Assembly (NCBI GenBank): GCA_002269645.1
Contig: NIVC01001472.1
Coordinates: 1-64,000 of the forward strand
Origin: Macrostomum lignano
Taxonomy: Eukaryota
Length of the DNA: 64,000 nt
Direction: 5' to 3'
Positions 38,630 through 52,022 of the stretch are shown in pieces; positions within the stretch are counted from its first letter, which is position 1, and every line of letters begins with the position of its first letter. The position numbers and the translations under genes are program-made. A model generated the notes under the pieces. It was not told the origin of the DNA, made no database searches, and saw only the letters and a program-made list of their open reading frames with translations.

Positions 38630-39759
38630 ACATTGAATCTACAACGAGTTAAATGATTTCTTGACAATGCATTCCTGCGGGTATTTCATGGTTTTTCCAT
38701 GGTTTTTCCTCAAGTAAATGGGTTGTTCCATAAGTGCCCTCTGCACTCCATAAATGCACAATGTATCCAGGTGGAGTGGGAAAATATTGGAGAAATTTAG
38801 TCAATCTACTATTCCGATATGTTTGCCATTTCGCTTTACAAAATAAATTTTGTCGGGCGTGGATTTTCCACGGACTTTCCATGGTTTTTCCTCAAGCAAC
38901 TAATATTTCAGTCTAGTCTTATCTTCTCAAGACAGTTCCCTTAATTTCGCAAATCTACTGAGCATGTTTATATTTGTCTGTGCGCTGTTTTTAATAATTT
39001 CAAATTTTGTTGCTGCCACGAACACTTTAATGGCGGTGTGTTTAAATGCTTATATATACATATATACATATATGAGTATATATATAATCTCATGTACTCG
39101 AATTCGGTATTATATTTAATACAGCTGTAGCAGATCAGAGATCCAACTGTACTGACAGGTTTTTAACAAACATTTGCTGCATTTGCTCTGTCCGGCATCA
39201 GTCATGTTCTTTTTATTCAATTTCTGCCATTCTTCTTCATGTTTTTTTAGCAAAGTCTTTCACCTCTCTGCTCTGCTGCTTTTTCTCTGCCTGTTTTAAG
39301 TATTCTTGTCATAGCAAGTTTTTTTGTTTTAAAATTGCGTCTAAAATGTAATTTGTGCGACTCAAGTCCGCTTGTGCAATTTCTATCTATTATATTCATT
39401 GTTACATTGTTAGTGATGTATTTAAAGTTATTTAGTGCAATTCTGTCTGTGTTTGTGTTGAGCAAAAATTTAAAATGTAAATAATTTTTTAAAATAATCT
39501 TTTTTCGTACTCATATTTGCACAATGCAGTGCATTTCTATATGTTTGCACACGCATTTTCAATTGCAGTTTCCATGAAATGGCTGCTTGTTCTTATGGGA
39601 GGGTATTGAGTTTAAAGCTCCAGCTCCTTTATTTATTGGCAATTTTTATCATCTTTGTTCCTTTTAGTAGAGTTTATATTTCATTAACTAGCATTTTCCC
39701 TAGCTAACTGATGAGCCCATCGTCATAAAAGTGAATTCTGTATCTGTAAACCACTAAGG

Positions 39760-40590
39760 TTGGGGGGATTCCATATCGTATAAGCTATTCTGGATGGCGG
39801 AATTCTGTATTTATAAGCTACTGAGAACAGGGAGAATTCCGTATTTATAAGCTACTTAGAACGGGGATGATTTCGTATCTATAAGCTAATTAGAACGGGG
39901 AGAATTCCGTATTTATAAGCTACTTAGAACGGGGATGATTTCGTATCTATAAGCTAATTAGAACGGGGGGAATTCCGTATTTATAAGCTACTTAGAACGG
40001 GGATAATTTCGTATCTATAAGCTAATTAGAACGGGGGGAATTCCGTATTTATAAGCTACTTAGAACGGGGATAATTTCGTATCTATAAGCTAATTAGAAC
40101 GGGGGGAATTCCGTATTTATAAGCTACTTAGAACGGGGATAATTTCGTATCTATAAGCTAATTAGAACGGGGGAATTCCGTATTTATAAGCTACTTAGAA
40201 CGGGGATAATTTCGTATCTATAAGCTAATTAGAACGGGGGAATTCCGTATTTATAAGCTACTGAGAACGGGGAGAATTCCGTATTTATAAGCTACTTAGA
40301 ACGGGGATGATTTCGTATCTATAAGCTAATTAGAACGGGGGGAATTCCGTATTTATAAGCTACTTAAAACGGGGAGGGAATTCCGTATCTATAAGCTACT
40401 TAGAACGGGGGGGATTCCGTATCTGTAAGCTACTGAGAACGGGGGGATTTCGTATGTATAGACTTTCCGAGATAGGGGGGAATTCCGTATCTATAAGCTT
40501 CCCTAGATGGAGGAATTCCGTATCTATAAGCAACTTAGAATGGGGAATTCCGTATTTACAAGCTACATGTACTTTGAATGGGGGAACTCT
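39760..40590. repeat. 33-34-bp minisatellite with alternating A/B units (68-bp dimer)
   Basis: ttagaacggggggaattccgtatttataagctac alternates with ttagaacggggataatttcgtatctataagctaa. Confidence 0.95.
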
Positions 40591-41477
40591 CAGATTAGAA
40601 AAATCCCTTAAGACTTGTCGTTTAGTCATTTATTTATATGTCAAGTTTTGTATTCAATTTTATTAATCCTGAAATTTTTTCATAAAAGTGTACTGTCTGC
40701 ACTACTTACTGTCTGTTGTTAGGCAAAATATTATTTTCTAAATTATTTAGCTATAAACTGTTAGTGAATGCTTATCGGAGTCTAGTAATATTTTAATAGT
40801 TAGCTATATGCATATCTGTCAATAATTGTACATAGCAGAGTACCAGCTGCCGCACCAGCTGTTAGCACACCTGTTTGCCTGTCTGCTTGCTTTGCTAGCC
40901 TAAAATTTATTTGCTTTGCTCTTTTTCCTGCCGCTTTTTTACACAAATTCAAATAAAAATATGCTATAAATTAAACTAATCTGTTCATATCTGGCAATTG
41001 ACAGATTCAGGTCGAGAATGTTTTACAGTGAGCTTTTATTTTGTAGATCGATTTTTTAGCTTTGAAAGAAATAAGTAGCAAGCGAGTGAGACTGCTTTTT
41101 ACAGGTTGGGCGCAGGTGTGCCGCATTTCTTTGAGGAGGTTGCAAAAAAATAATCATTCACTGGTCCATTTTGAGGCATTTTATAGGGTCACATTGACTT
41201 ATCTAGATAGATGAATAACATCATTCAAAACTATAAAGTACATTTGCTATTTATAAGATACGCCAGAACCGTGAAGAAGCGTTAGAAGCGATTTATCTGA
41301 AATTGTGAATTGTGGGGGTGAAAGATCATAATCCATTTATAATTAAAACTTCAAAAAAACTGATACGAGCGTAACAGTTCAGTTGCAGTGAGCGTGTTAG
41401 TCAGCTTCCCATCACTTTGCCTTCACTCAATATGGGCACTGAATTTATCCTGCTAGTCCTTCATTCCTACATTTGAC

Positions 41478-41893
41478 CCAGGAGGATCAGCACTCTCCAT
41501 GACCCAGGAGGATCAGCACTCTCCATGACCCTGAAGAATCAGCACTCTCCATGACCCTAGAGAATCAGCACCCTCCATGACCCTGGAGGATCAGCACTCT
41601 CCATGACCCTGAAGAATCAGCACCCTCCATGACCCTAGAGAATCAGCACCCTCCATGACCCTGGAGGATCAGCACTCTCCATGACCCTGAAGAATCAGCA
41701 CCCTCCATGACCCTAGAGAATCAGCACCCTCCATGACCCTGGAGGATCTGCACCCTCCATGACCCTAGAGGATCTGCACCCTCCATGACCCTGGAGGATC
41801 TGCACCCTCCATGACCCTAGAGGATCTGCACCCTCCATGACCCTAGAGGATCTGCACCCTCCATGACCCTAGAGGATCTGCATCCTCCATGAT
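41478..41893. repeat. 26-bp minisatellite (~16 copies)
   Basis: Unit ctccatgaccct(a/g)gaggatc(a/t)gcacc. Confidence 0.95.
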
Positions 41894-41985
41894 CCACGGA
41901 GGTTAGCACCAGCTCCAACCATGCAAGTATAGTTGGCCCAGTAGTGGCGCCCCCTTGTGCCCCATCGAGGGCCTGCCCGCCCACC

Positions 41986-43208
41986 TCAGTCGCTGAGCGG
42001 CAGCTTGCAGACGGCCAGCCAGCCGTGCAGGATGACGAAGGCGACCAGCGAGGCGGGGCAGCACACCAGCCCGATGGCAACTGTGCCAATCAGCGCGGTG
42101 CCAACACAGGCCGAAGCCAGCCAGGGGAAGACGAGGCAGACCCACACGGCGTCGCCCAGCAGCACCAGGCCCCACAGGCAGCAGAGGCCGATGAGGGCGC
42201 GACGGCCTCTCGAGCGAGGCTGCGACGCGGCTAGCAGAGCGCAGGCCGGCAGCAACGCCAGCGTGGCCGCTAGAACGAAGAACGAAGCTCCTAGGAGGCC
42301 GGAGCAGCCGCGCTTCATCATGATGGCGTCCAGCGCGACCAACACCACGAGTGCAGCAGCACGAAGGAGTAACAGGCGAGCAGCTTCACCCGGTCCAGCA
42401 GCAGCTCGTCGCGCTCCTGCAGCGTCCCCGACTGCTGCCGCCAATTCTGCCTCCGCTGACGCCGTCGCCGCTGCCGCCGCCTCCACCGCCCCCGTCGCTA
42501 ACAATGGTCACTCGGCTAGCGCTGACACTGTTGGCAGTGTCGGGAGTGCCGCCGTTAACGTAGGAGGCCGCGGCTGCCGACACTGGACGGCGGTGATCAG
42601 CGCCGACGTCTCCGTTTGGCTGCGGACGCTCGTCGGGCTGCTTCAGCGCGCCCAGGATGCTGGCCGCCAGGCTGCTTCTGGGGCGCCTGCTGGAACGGGA
42701 GCAGAGTAGCCGAGCGGCGAGTGCGCTATCGAAATCCGTTTGTACTAACAGTACAATTAATGTTGGAAAGTGCTTTACATACTACTCGCAAATCCTGTGC
42801 GCAATATCTTCGATGTCTCAAGATCCTTCGGGAGGCTACCACAACCCCAATACCCTTCGGGAGGCTACCACAACCCCAATACCCTTCGGGAGGCTACCAC
42901 AACCCCAATACCCTTCAGGAACCTTCCACAACCCCAATACCCTTCAGAAGGCTACCACAACCCCAATACCCTTCAGGAGGCTACCACAACCCCAATACCC
43001 TTCGGGAGGCTACCACAACCCCAATAACCCTTCAGGAAGCTTCCACAACCCCAATACCCCTTCAGGAAGCTTTCACAACCACAATACCCCTCAAGAGGCT
43101 ACCACAACCCCAATACCCTTCGGGAGGCCGTGGATTAACCGTGGACCGTGGGCAGTAATATTCTTACCTTGTAGATGGCGTCTGTTGCTGGTGGGGGCTG
43201 ACCGACAT
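41986..43208 (-). CDS. Orphan membrane protein with disordered N-terminus and ~4 C-terminal TM helices; 2 exons (43208-43168, 42725-41986); two apparent 1-bp frameshifts
   Basis: ATG at 43208; a phase-2 GT-AG intron joins MSVSPHQQQTPST to SALAARLLC. Frames switch near 42427 and 42355 to give TLQERDELLLDRVKLLACYSFVL/ALVVLVALD followed by further hydrophobic helices. Confidence 0.6.
42824..43125. repeat. 29-bp minisatellite (~10 copies) in the intron of the 4-TM gene
   Basis: Unit ccttcgggaggctaccacaaccccaatac. Confidence 0.93.
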
Positions 43209-44081
43209 GCTGATGTCTCCCGTCTATGGCCCGATCCCCATCGTCCTTGGAGATCCCTGGCTCTACAGTTGGTCCTCGTTGTTAGTAAATAATTAATTTC
43301 CAGTTAATATTGGAACTGTTGAGTAGTCAATCAATTCTTGCTTGGAGTGACGGTGCTAGAAGAGAGGCGCCAAAGTCTAAGTTGCTCTCGCGGAAAGAGA
43401 CTTATCCCTTTATAGAGTGGTCCAAGCCAACCCCAATGCTCCCTCATCGCCCCAGCGCTGCCATCTCCCATCGTCATACTTTCTTACCCCCAAAGCTGCA
43501 GTTGGCTCCCGTTATAGACAGTCTGGGGTTAGCGACGAAAAACAGCCAACCTCATAGCCGGTTGCCCCCGCAGAGAGATGTGTGTATGCGTGTGAGTGTG
43601 CGTGTGTGTTGTGTTTACATAGGCGTTCAGCTGCAGCTCCATTCACCAAATCCAATCCCTCACCGATCGGGATTTCAGCCATGTTTGGCATAAACAAACT
43701 GGCGCGGTCCGCCCTTCCCCACAGCAGCAGATCCAACAAAGGTCTCCTCCTATGTATGGGACAGGGGCCTTCCTGTGTGTATTGCATCGACTCATTGCGT
43801 CTCAATGACTAAATTTTGGGTCTTGAGCAGAGTAGAAAGACAGAGTCAGTTAAAAAAGGCGGGATATTGTCCACTGCTCAGAAGAATGCAGGATGGGTGA
43901 CCGGAGCAGATCCGGTGCTTGAAAATACAGCGCAGCACAGCATACCGCAGATTTGACAGCAGAAATTGGCTACTAAAAATCTGCAAGCAGTCCAGTACAA
44001 ACAGTATTACTGAAGCTGAAGGTTCCTTTTGTACCGACTGAATCAATGTATTTACTTAGTATAATATAGGTTATATAGGTG

Positions 44082-44872
44082 GGTGTTTTTTGCTTGGCGT
44101 GAGGTGGGTGTTTTATTTTCTGGGTGTGAGGTAGGTGTTTCATTTTCTGGGCGTGAGGTGGGTGTTTTATTTGCTGGGCGGGGGGTGGGTGTTTAATCTG
44201 CTGGACGTGAGGTGGGCCGGGTGTTTTATTTGCCGGGCGTGAGATGTTTTATTTGCCGGGGATGAGGTGGGTGATTGATCTGCTGGGCGTGAGGTAGGTG
44301 TTTGATCTGCCGAGCATTAGGTGGGTGCTTTATTTGCCGGGCGTGAGGTGTGTGTTTTATTTTCTGGGCGTGAGGTAGGTGTTTGATCTGCTGGGCGTGA
44401 GGTGGGTGTTTTATTTGCCGGGCGTGAGGTGTGTTTTTTATTTTCTGGGCGTGAGGTGGGTGTTTTATTTTCTGGGGGTGAGGTGGGTGTTTTATTTGCC
44501 GGGCGTGAGGTGGGTGTTTTATTTGCCGGGCGTGAGGTGGGTGTTTTATTTGCCGGGCGTGAGGTGGGTGTTTTATTTGCTGGGGTGAGGTGGGTGTTTT
44601 ATTTGCTGGGGTGAGGTGGGTGTTTTATTTGCTGGGGTGAGGTGGGTGTTTTATTTGCTGGGGTGAGGTGGGTGTTTTATTTGCTGGGGTGAGGTGGGTG
44701 TTTTATTTGCTGGGGTGAGGTGGGTGTTTTATTTGCTGGGGTGAGGTGGGTGTTTTATTTGCCGGGCGTGAGGTGGGTGTTTTATTTGCCGGGCGTGAGG
44801 TGGGTGTTTTATTTGCTAGGGTGAGGTGGGTGTTTTATTTGCTGGGGTGAGGTGGGTGTTTTATTTGCTGGA
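44082..44872. repeat. 26-27-bp minisatellite (~29 copies)
   Basis: Unit gaggtgggtgttttatttgc(t/c)ggg(c)gt. Confidence 0.95.
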
Positions 44873-45871
44873 TGTGAAATGCATTCTGTTTATGAACACG
44901 GACATGAAAAGTTCAGCAAAAGTACTCTTTTCGTAGATGTGTCTGTGTGGTGTACTGCGTCATTTTTCCATTTTTCTATTGAACTAAGTCGAAGTGACGA
45001 ATCTGATGCTGTACCCTGTACCCTGTCCAGCACAAGCTGTTGACCCAGTAAGGCCGAGAGCTGAATCAGTTCGATTTAAGTCTCCAAGGTAAAATCCCCC
45101 AAGGCCACCAAAGGTAGTGAGAAAATTTTAGGGATTGATACCGTTATAAAACGCTGCGCACGTTAGACTAAGAGCTACTGAATTATTAAGCTTCCACTTT
45201 CATTTTTTCTCCAAAATCAACGGAAAGTTCTCAGTCTCCAAGCCGATTGGGAAGAAAAAGTGACTTTCTAATCCTCTCCTGCACACTTTCCTCTCCTTCG
45301 GTTGTCAAGGCGGCGGTGGCGGCGGCCCAGCATGCAGAAGTAGGCATCATGGGGGTGGCGGGTGTTCATTGATTCCCCTGCAGCAGCCAATAGTGCCCGC
45401 GTGTGTGTATTTTTGCACGGACACGAGCAGACCGCGCTTCAGGCCTGAAATACCTGGCTCGCCAGCAAGTCATTGAAGTATTATAGATCCGCGTGTGAAT
45501 TGGAAGTCTGCAGCCTTTTGGGGGAAGCTAGCCTTCTGCGCTGTATGCACGCCAGCGCGATCCTACCCAAGTTTTTCCTGCGCGAGCGAAAATGAATCCG
45601 GGCGCTAACCCCCCCCCCCCAGCCACTTTGCCCTGTCAATAATGCCCTGCCGCTGCTCTGGCTTCCCTCACCACGGCTGTTTCCCTTGTAAGCTGAGAGG
45701 CTGCCCCCACTCCTGACAACTGCCCGCCTCCGACTGTCAGTTTTTTAGTCTAAGCCTCAGATGCTTGCTCACCTCTCTCTGACGTGCCAAAGTGAAAAAA
45801 CGATGATTTTTTAACCTAAGTGAGCCGTTCCTATGGCACCTGCAGTTCTAGCTTCCTCTGGTGTTCTTAGG

Positions 45872-46165
45872 CTGCCTCAGCTGCTTCCCCTGCCTCAGCT
45901 GCTTCCCTTGTCTCAGCTGCTTCCCCTGCCTCAGCTGCTTCCCCTGCCTCAGCTACTTCCTCTGTCTCAGCTGCTTCCCCTGCCTCAGCTGCTTCCCCTG
46001 CCTCAGCTGCTTCCCCTGCCTCAGCTGCTTCCCATGCCTCAGCTGCTTCCCCTGCCTCAGCTGCTTCCCCTGCCTCAGCTGCTTCCCATGCCTCAGCTGC
46101 TTCCCCTGCCTCAGCTGCTTCCCCTGCCTCAGCTGCTTCCCCTGCCTCAGCTGCTTCCCCTGCCT
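45872..46165. repeat. 18-bp minisatellite (~16 copies)
   Basis: Unit cctcagctgcttcccctg. Confidence 0.95.
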
Positions 46166-46930
46166 GTATTTTCACTATAGAAGTATGTGTTGCACATATC
46201 ACTAATATAATTTGTACATGTATTGTACATTCAACAGCATGTTAAAGCTTCCACCCCGAGACCAGTGATCAACAAGGGCAGCTTTTAATACAACTCCAGC
46301 CATAGCTCTCCGCTCTCTCCTCACCAGCCTTGTGACGCACGCTGCATCAACCACAGTTGAGGCGAGAACCGCGGGCATGGCGGGAATGCCGTCAGTTCGG
46401 GCTGAAGACCTGAGAAAAGTTGACCACTGATTTCGGGGTGGAGCATGTTGTTGTTGAGTGTGCGTATTCTCTTTAGCCAAGGTCAATTCAAACACTAGCA
46501 GGTCTCCAGCTACAGTCGCAACTACCTATGCACACTAGCAAACTCTGCGCATTCAAAATTTGCATAAGAGAAGATGGCCAGATAAATGATTACCTTGAGC
46601 AAAGGGGTAGAGAGGCGGTGGTCAGGGGTTGGGCTGAATTAGCACTCAACCTGAGACCACAAGCGCACGTGTTTCAATGCAAATACAAACAATGCTGAAG
46701 AAGCGTACATTTCTCACTTCATCTCATTCTTATTGTTCTTTTTCTATAACTGTGTGTGCGTGAGTGCATCTTGAGCCAGCTGTACAGTGAGTTGGATGCT
46801 CAAGCTATCTCAGAAACTCATTCCTATATAAACTCTAGGAGTTTAGCTGCGCGCTATCTTTGTATCTTGTGTGTAGCTAGATTTCCATGTTTCTCTCCGT
46901 CTAAAGAGTCCGCCTAAGCATTGGTACAGC

Positions 46931-49900
46931 ATGACAATTAGCAGCAAGGCGCAGGAGCTGATTGACAGCGTCACGCCGCTGCTGATCCTAGTAGTCTGCT
47001 GCATCAGCTCCCTACTAATCGCTACTAACGTTCGCTGCCACGGCTCTCTGGCTTTGTACCTCTACGAAGATTTGCCAGCCTACGTTGAACGAAACGAGGT
47101 ACACTGGCTAGGCGCCACTCATGGCATGATTGTGTTCATGTTTGTGCCTCTGATCTCGGGAATTATCGATCACTTCAAGATCAGCTATAGAACCTGCATG
47201 GTTGCCTCTGGCCTGACCAGCCTGCTTGCCTGCCTGCTGTCGACTGGGTTCTCGGAGCCCGGCTACATGATCTTCACCGACACGGTGGCCGCAGGCGGCG
47301 CCGCCTCCGTCATGCTGTCCACCGTTATTCTGGTTATTGACGATTATTTCCCGCGCGAGTCCAGCCTGAGAATCTTCGCCACCACCATGGTGCAGGGAGT
47401 CGCCTTTGCTACGTTCTTCCTCATTGATGGCTACTCGATTGCGCTAAAGCTGGCAGGCTGGCGGGCCGTGTTTTACGCCTATGGAACCATCGCCTGCGTC
47501 ATGGGAATTTTTGGCGGCCTGTTGTTTGCACGGCCGGTGCGGCCCTATAGGTACGTCTGGGTTTCTCGGGTGTTTCCGATGTGAGGCGTTTGGGAATGTA
47601 TGGGATTCTGTGGTGTTTGTGGTGTCTGTGGTTTCTGTGGTGTCTATGGTGTCTGTGGTGCCTGTGATTTCTGTGGTGTCTGTGGTGTCTGGGTTGTCTG
47701 TGGTGTCTGGGTTGTCTGTGGTGTCTGGGTTGTCTGTGGTGTCTGGGTTGTCTGTGGTGTCTGGGTTGTCTGTGGTGTCTGGGTTTTCTGTGGTGTCTGG
47801 GTTGTCTGTGGTGTCTGGGTTGTCTGTGGTGTCTGGGTTGTCTGTGGTGTCTGGGTTGTCTGTGGTGTCTGGGTTGTCTGTGGTGTCTGGGTTGTCTGTG
47901 GTGTCTGGGTTGTCTGTGGTGTCTGGGTTGTCTGTGGTGTCTGGGTTGTCTGTGGTGTCTGGGTTGTCTGTGGTGTCTGGGTTGTCTGTGGTGTCTGGGT
48001 TGTCTGTGGTGTCTGGGTTGTCTGTGGTGTCTGGGTTGTCTGTGGTGTCTGGGTTGTCTGTGGTGTTTATGGCATCTGTGGTGCCTGTGGTTTCTGTGGT
48101 GTCTATGGTGTCTGCATGGGTTGTCTGTGATGTCTGTGATGTCTGCAGTGTCTATGGTGTCTGTGGTTTCTGTGGTGCCTGTCTGTGATGTCTGTGGTGT
48201 CTCAGGTGTCTGTGGTTTCTGTCGTGTCGGTGGTTTCTGTAGTCTCTGTAATGTCTGGGTTGTCTGTGGTGTTCTCGTGTCTGAACAGTCATGGGAGCGT
48301 TTCTGCAAGCATCTAAAGTGCTTCAGGGAGCCCTAGAGTGAACTTTTTTGGTTGTGAGGGCTGCCGCATAACGAAATTGGCACATCTCAGATCAAAAATC
48401 AACTTTCTTACAGTTTCCAGCAGCAGCAGCAGCAACAGCAGCAGCAATCGCAAAAGAAGAAGCCCCTACAGCAGCTGGAGTACTCGCCGCTACCGTCGTC
48501 AGTTCAGCTGGCCGACGCCCGAACTGATGAAGCGGATGACGATACCGAGGAAGCTGAGCTGGACACGGACGAGGAGGAGGTGGCAAGCGCATCGGCGCCG
48601 AAGCCGTCAAACGATGCCAGCGTGATCGATCAGTTGTTCGAGAAGAAGGACTGGAAAAAGCGACTGCTCAGCATGTCATTGGTGAGTATAGAAAGCTATT
48701 GCCCAATTGTTGCAGCCTTAATGTTTAGAGACTGACACAGTTTCAAGTCTGACATATTTTCTAGTGTCTGACAGTTTCTTGAGTGGATACAGTTTATATT
48801 AATCTGATACAGTTTCTATTAATCTGATACAGTTTCTATTAGTCTGATACAGTTTCTATTAGTCTGATACAGTTTCTATTAGTCTGATACAGTTTATATT
48901 AGTCTGATACAGTTTCTATTAGTCTGATACAGTTTATATTAGTCTGATACAGTTTCTATTAGTCTGATACAGTTTCTATTAGTCTGATACAGTTTCTATT
49001 AGCCTGATACAGTTTCTATTAGTCTGATACAGTTTCTATTAGTCTGATACAGTTTCTATTAATCTGATACAGTTTCTATTAGTCTGATACAGTTTATATT
49101 AGTCTGATACAGTTTCTATTAGTCTGATACAGTTTCTATTAGTCTGATACAGTTTCTATTACTCGTAATCTGATACAGTTTCTATTAGTCTGATACAGTT
49201 TCTATTAATCTGATACAGTTTCTATTAGTCTGATACAGTTTCTATTACTCGTAATCTGATACAGTTTCTATTAGTCTGATACAGTTTCTATTAGTCTGAT
49301 ACAGTTTCTATTAGCCTGATACAGTTTCTATTAGTCTGATACAGTTTCTATTAATCTGATACAGTTTCTATTAGTCTGATACAGTTTCTATTAGTCTGAT
49401 ACAGTTTCTATTAATCTGATACAGTTTCTATTAGTCTGATACAGTTTCTAGTCGGACACCATCGAATTCCGACACAGTTAAGAGTCTGACGGATTGAGAA
49501 CCTGACGCAGTGGATCTCCACAAGCCCACCCGTCCGTGCCCCCCCCCCTCATCAGACCGAGATGCAGTCCAGCCGCACCAGTCTTCTGTGGCTCTGCGAA
49601 CGCCTGCTTGCTGCAGTGGTCTCCGACGGTGTCTTCCTATTCCTGCTGCTTCACTCCGACATCGCCCGCTTCCCCTTCATCGCTGGCGCGGCCACGCCCT
49701 CCCCCGCCATGGGTCGGATCACCACCGCATTTTTGTTCACCGTCGGCTCAACCACATCGTATCTGGGCGGCGGAATTCTCGGCTGTTTGATCCGCGGTCG
49801 CCTGCTGATTGTGTACATGGCCGGGGCGCTAATTAATCTCTGCGCTCTGATTGGCTGGGTGGCCGTGCTGGACTCCTATTACCATGGTGAGCTGGTCTTT

Positions 49901-50221
49901 GCTTGGTTCTGCGGCCTAGGCGTTGGCGCCGTCAACACATTCTCGTTTGCTGCGTCCGAGGAGGCCACGGGAATTCGGGCCAGATCAATTTTCCCCTTCA
50001 CCAAGCTGGCTAACGGTCTGTCTATTGTGACTATTGAAGTGACCCACTCGGTTTTGACTAGTAAAACTGGTAGCCAACTAGAGTTGCTTCTGATTGTATT
50101 GCTGATGCTGTCGCTCGCCGAGTTCGCATTGCTTGTGCTGATTAGACAGATCAATCGACAACTAGACGCGTCGATGAACCGATTCAAATCGCCCAGGAGA
50201 GTGTCTCGGACAGTGGGCTGA
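46931..50221 (+). CDS. SLC16/MCT-like MFS transporter, 3 exons: 46931-47550, 48414-48681, 49511-50221
   Basis: Six N-terminal TMs (FVPLISGIIDHF..YRTCMVASG, IDDYFPR, GWRAVF), then a polyQ/acidic loop exon, then six C-terminal TMs. GT-AG junctions are phase-consistent and the frame is intact. Confidence 0.8.
47602..48272. repeat. 18-bp minisatellite (built on 9-bp subunits) in SLC16-like intron 1
   Basis: Unit gtctgtggtgtctgggtt; homogeneous core with degenerate flanks. Confidence 0.95.
48790..49450. repeat. 20-bp minisatellite (~32 copies) in SLC16-like intron 2
   Basis: Unit tagtctgatacagtttctat. Confidence 0.96.
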
Positions 50222-52022
50222 GCGTGGCGTCTGTTTGTTTTTTTGTCTGCGAATACTGTTAGCAGTAGCCACTATCTATAAAATCGACGGCTTTCTTTAA
50301 TTGGATGACGGCTGCCACACCCAACCCCAAGGATTCCTTCCTCTCTCTAAAGATACTACACCTCGCTCTCATTGGTTGATGACTGCCCATGCCCAACCCA
50401 CCCCAAAATTCCTTTCCTATGCATCCATACGAGTAGATCTTACCCCTTCGCTCTTATTGGCTGATGCCTTGCCCCATCCACCCACACCAAAGATTTCTTT
50501 CTTCCCTTTTAGATCCATAGATTCTCATTGGCTGATGGTCTGTCTGCCAATGAGAGCACCCACACCAAAAATGGCATCCTTTTTAACCCAAATCTTTCCA
50601 TCCACCCTTTACGGTATGCTTCGAACACTTATATTTTTGCTTTATTCAATCTTATATTCTTATACGTAAAATTTATCGACGAAATCTGCTATTTAATTCT
50701 GAATACTAATAAATAATTTTACAAATATATTCAAGATTCACAGTGTACTTTATGTTTTAATTTCTATGCTCTGTTGCGGATGATGACGATGTGGAGTTGT
50801 AAAATTTCGTTTAAAAAATCTTGATTTAATCAGTAAAGCGTTTCATGCAAAGCAAAAATCGACATGAAAAAGACTCAAAGCGTATACCAGCAGCTTAATT
50901 GCATGGCAACAAAAATATTGAATATAGGGTAATGAGATTTTGAGAAGCGATCGTTTGGGGAAGATGTAAAAGCGATCGAGAGTCAATTGAAGACCGCTGG
51001 TCGAAACAGCTGTTACACGAGCAGGGCAACAACGAAGATTTACAAAATGACATAAAATGGGGTCTTTTAGTTCCAAGCAGATACGTACGAGTACACTGTG
51101 CCAAAAAATATGAAAAATCAATGTTGCGTTGAGTTGATATTGCACCCAATTTCCCTAATAGCACGATGTGAAAAGCAAGTTGGAACGGATTGCATGTTCA
51201 GTATTTACTACTGAATAGCGAGTGTTAAGTAGGCTGTTGAATGTTTTGTGCAACAATTCGAATGTGGTCTACTTCCTCTTCTTTCACTATTCGAAAGGAT
51301 TCCCCTATCATTAGGAAGGAGTCAGAGGGGTCAGATGAGGTCATATGGCTTTAATTAATAATTTGATGGAGCTTTACCACGCAAAGGTAAAAAGCATCGC
51401 ATAAATTGAGTACTTAACTGATGGAGACAGTTATTATAAGTAATAAAAAATCGAGATATACTGAACTATATGTGGATTTTCTTAAATAAAAGCGAGAAAA
51501 TTGCAAAAACTGCAGTAAGAAAAAGCTTGCCTATTTTTATAATTATAACGCATCGCTTTCGCATCCAGAGACTAGCTAACTAGAGAAGCATATGCACTTA
51601 GTCAAGAGCATTAAATAAGGTACAACGGGGAAGATTGGGGTTTAGAGTTTAGGATATAGCCTGAAAGGGTGTTAAAGTGGAGTGGAGTTAAAGTGGATAA
51701 CCTCCCTCCCTAATCTCGTAAAAACGCGATAACGCGGGTTGGGGGTAAGAAAATTGGGGTAGGGTTGTAAATCGATAAGCACCAGCCACCCCTCGCACAT
51801 AAGCGATAAAGTGGGGGCCGGGGGCAGGAAAGGAAGGTTGGGTTGTGGCCAGATAGAAAAATCGATAACTCTCACCCGCCTCACACGACACACACACGCA
51901 CAGGCAGACAGACAGCGGGGAGGAGATAGGAATGTATTATTTTTTTATCTAGGACTCTGCAACCAATCGCGTGCATCAGCTTCGGTAGCGAATTAAGCAC
52001 AGCCAGCGAGTGTCAGATAGAA

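Noticed and set aside
45833-46205. EAGEAA / PQLLPL / CLSCFP repeat ORFs (antifreeze- or metallothionein-like appearance)
   Set aside because: The 18-bp unit is open in several frames on both strands, with no unique coding flanks or convincing splice context.
43310-46500. Short ORFs between the 4-TM and SLC16-like genes (e.g. 43512-43805, 43846-44046, 46202-46495)
   Set aside because: No recognisable motifs or consistent exon chain; probably UTR or intergenic sequence.
47481-48308. His/Arg-rich and Cys/Val-rich repeat ORFs
   Set aside because: They lie in SLC16-like intron 1, whose flanking exons join in phase.
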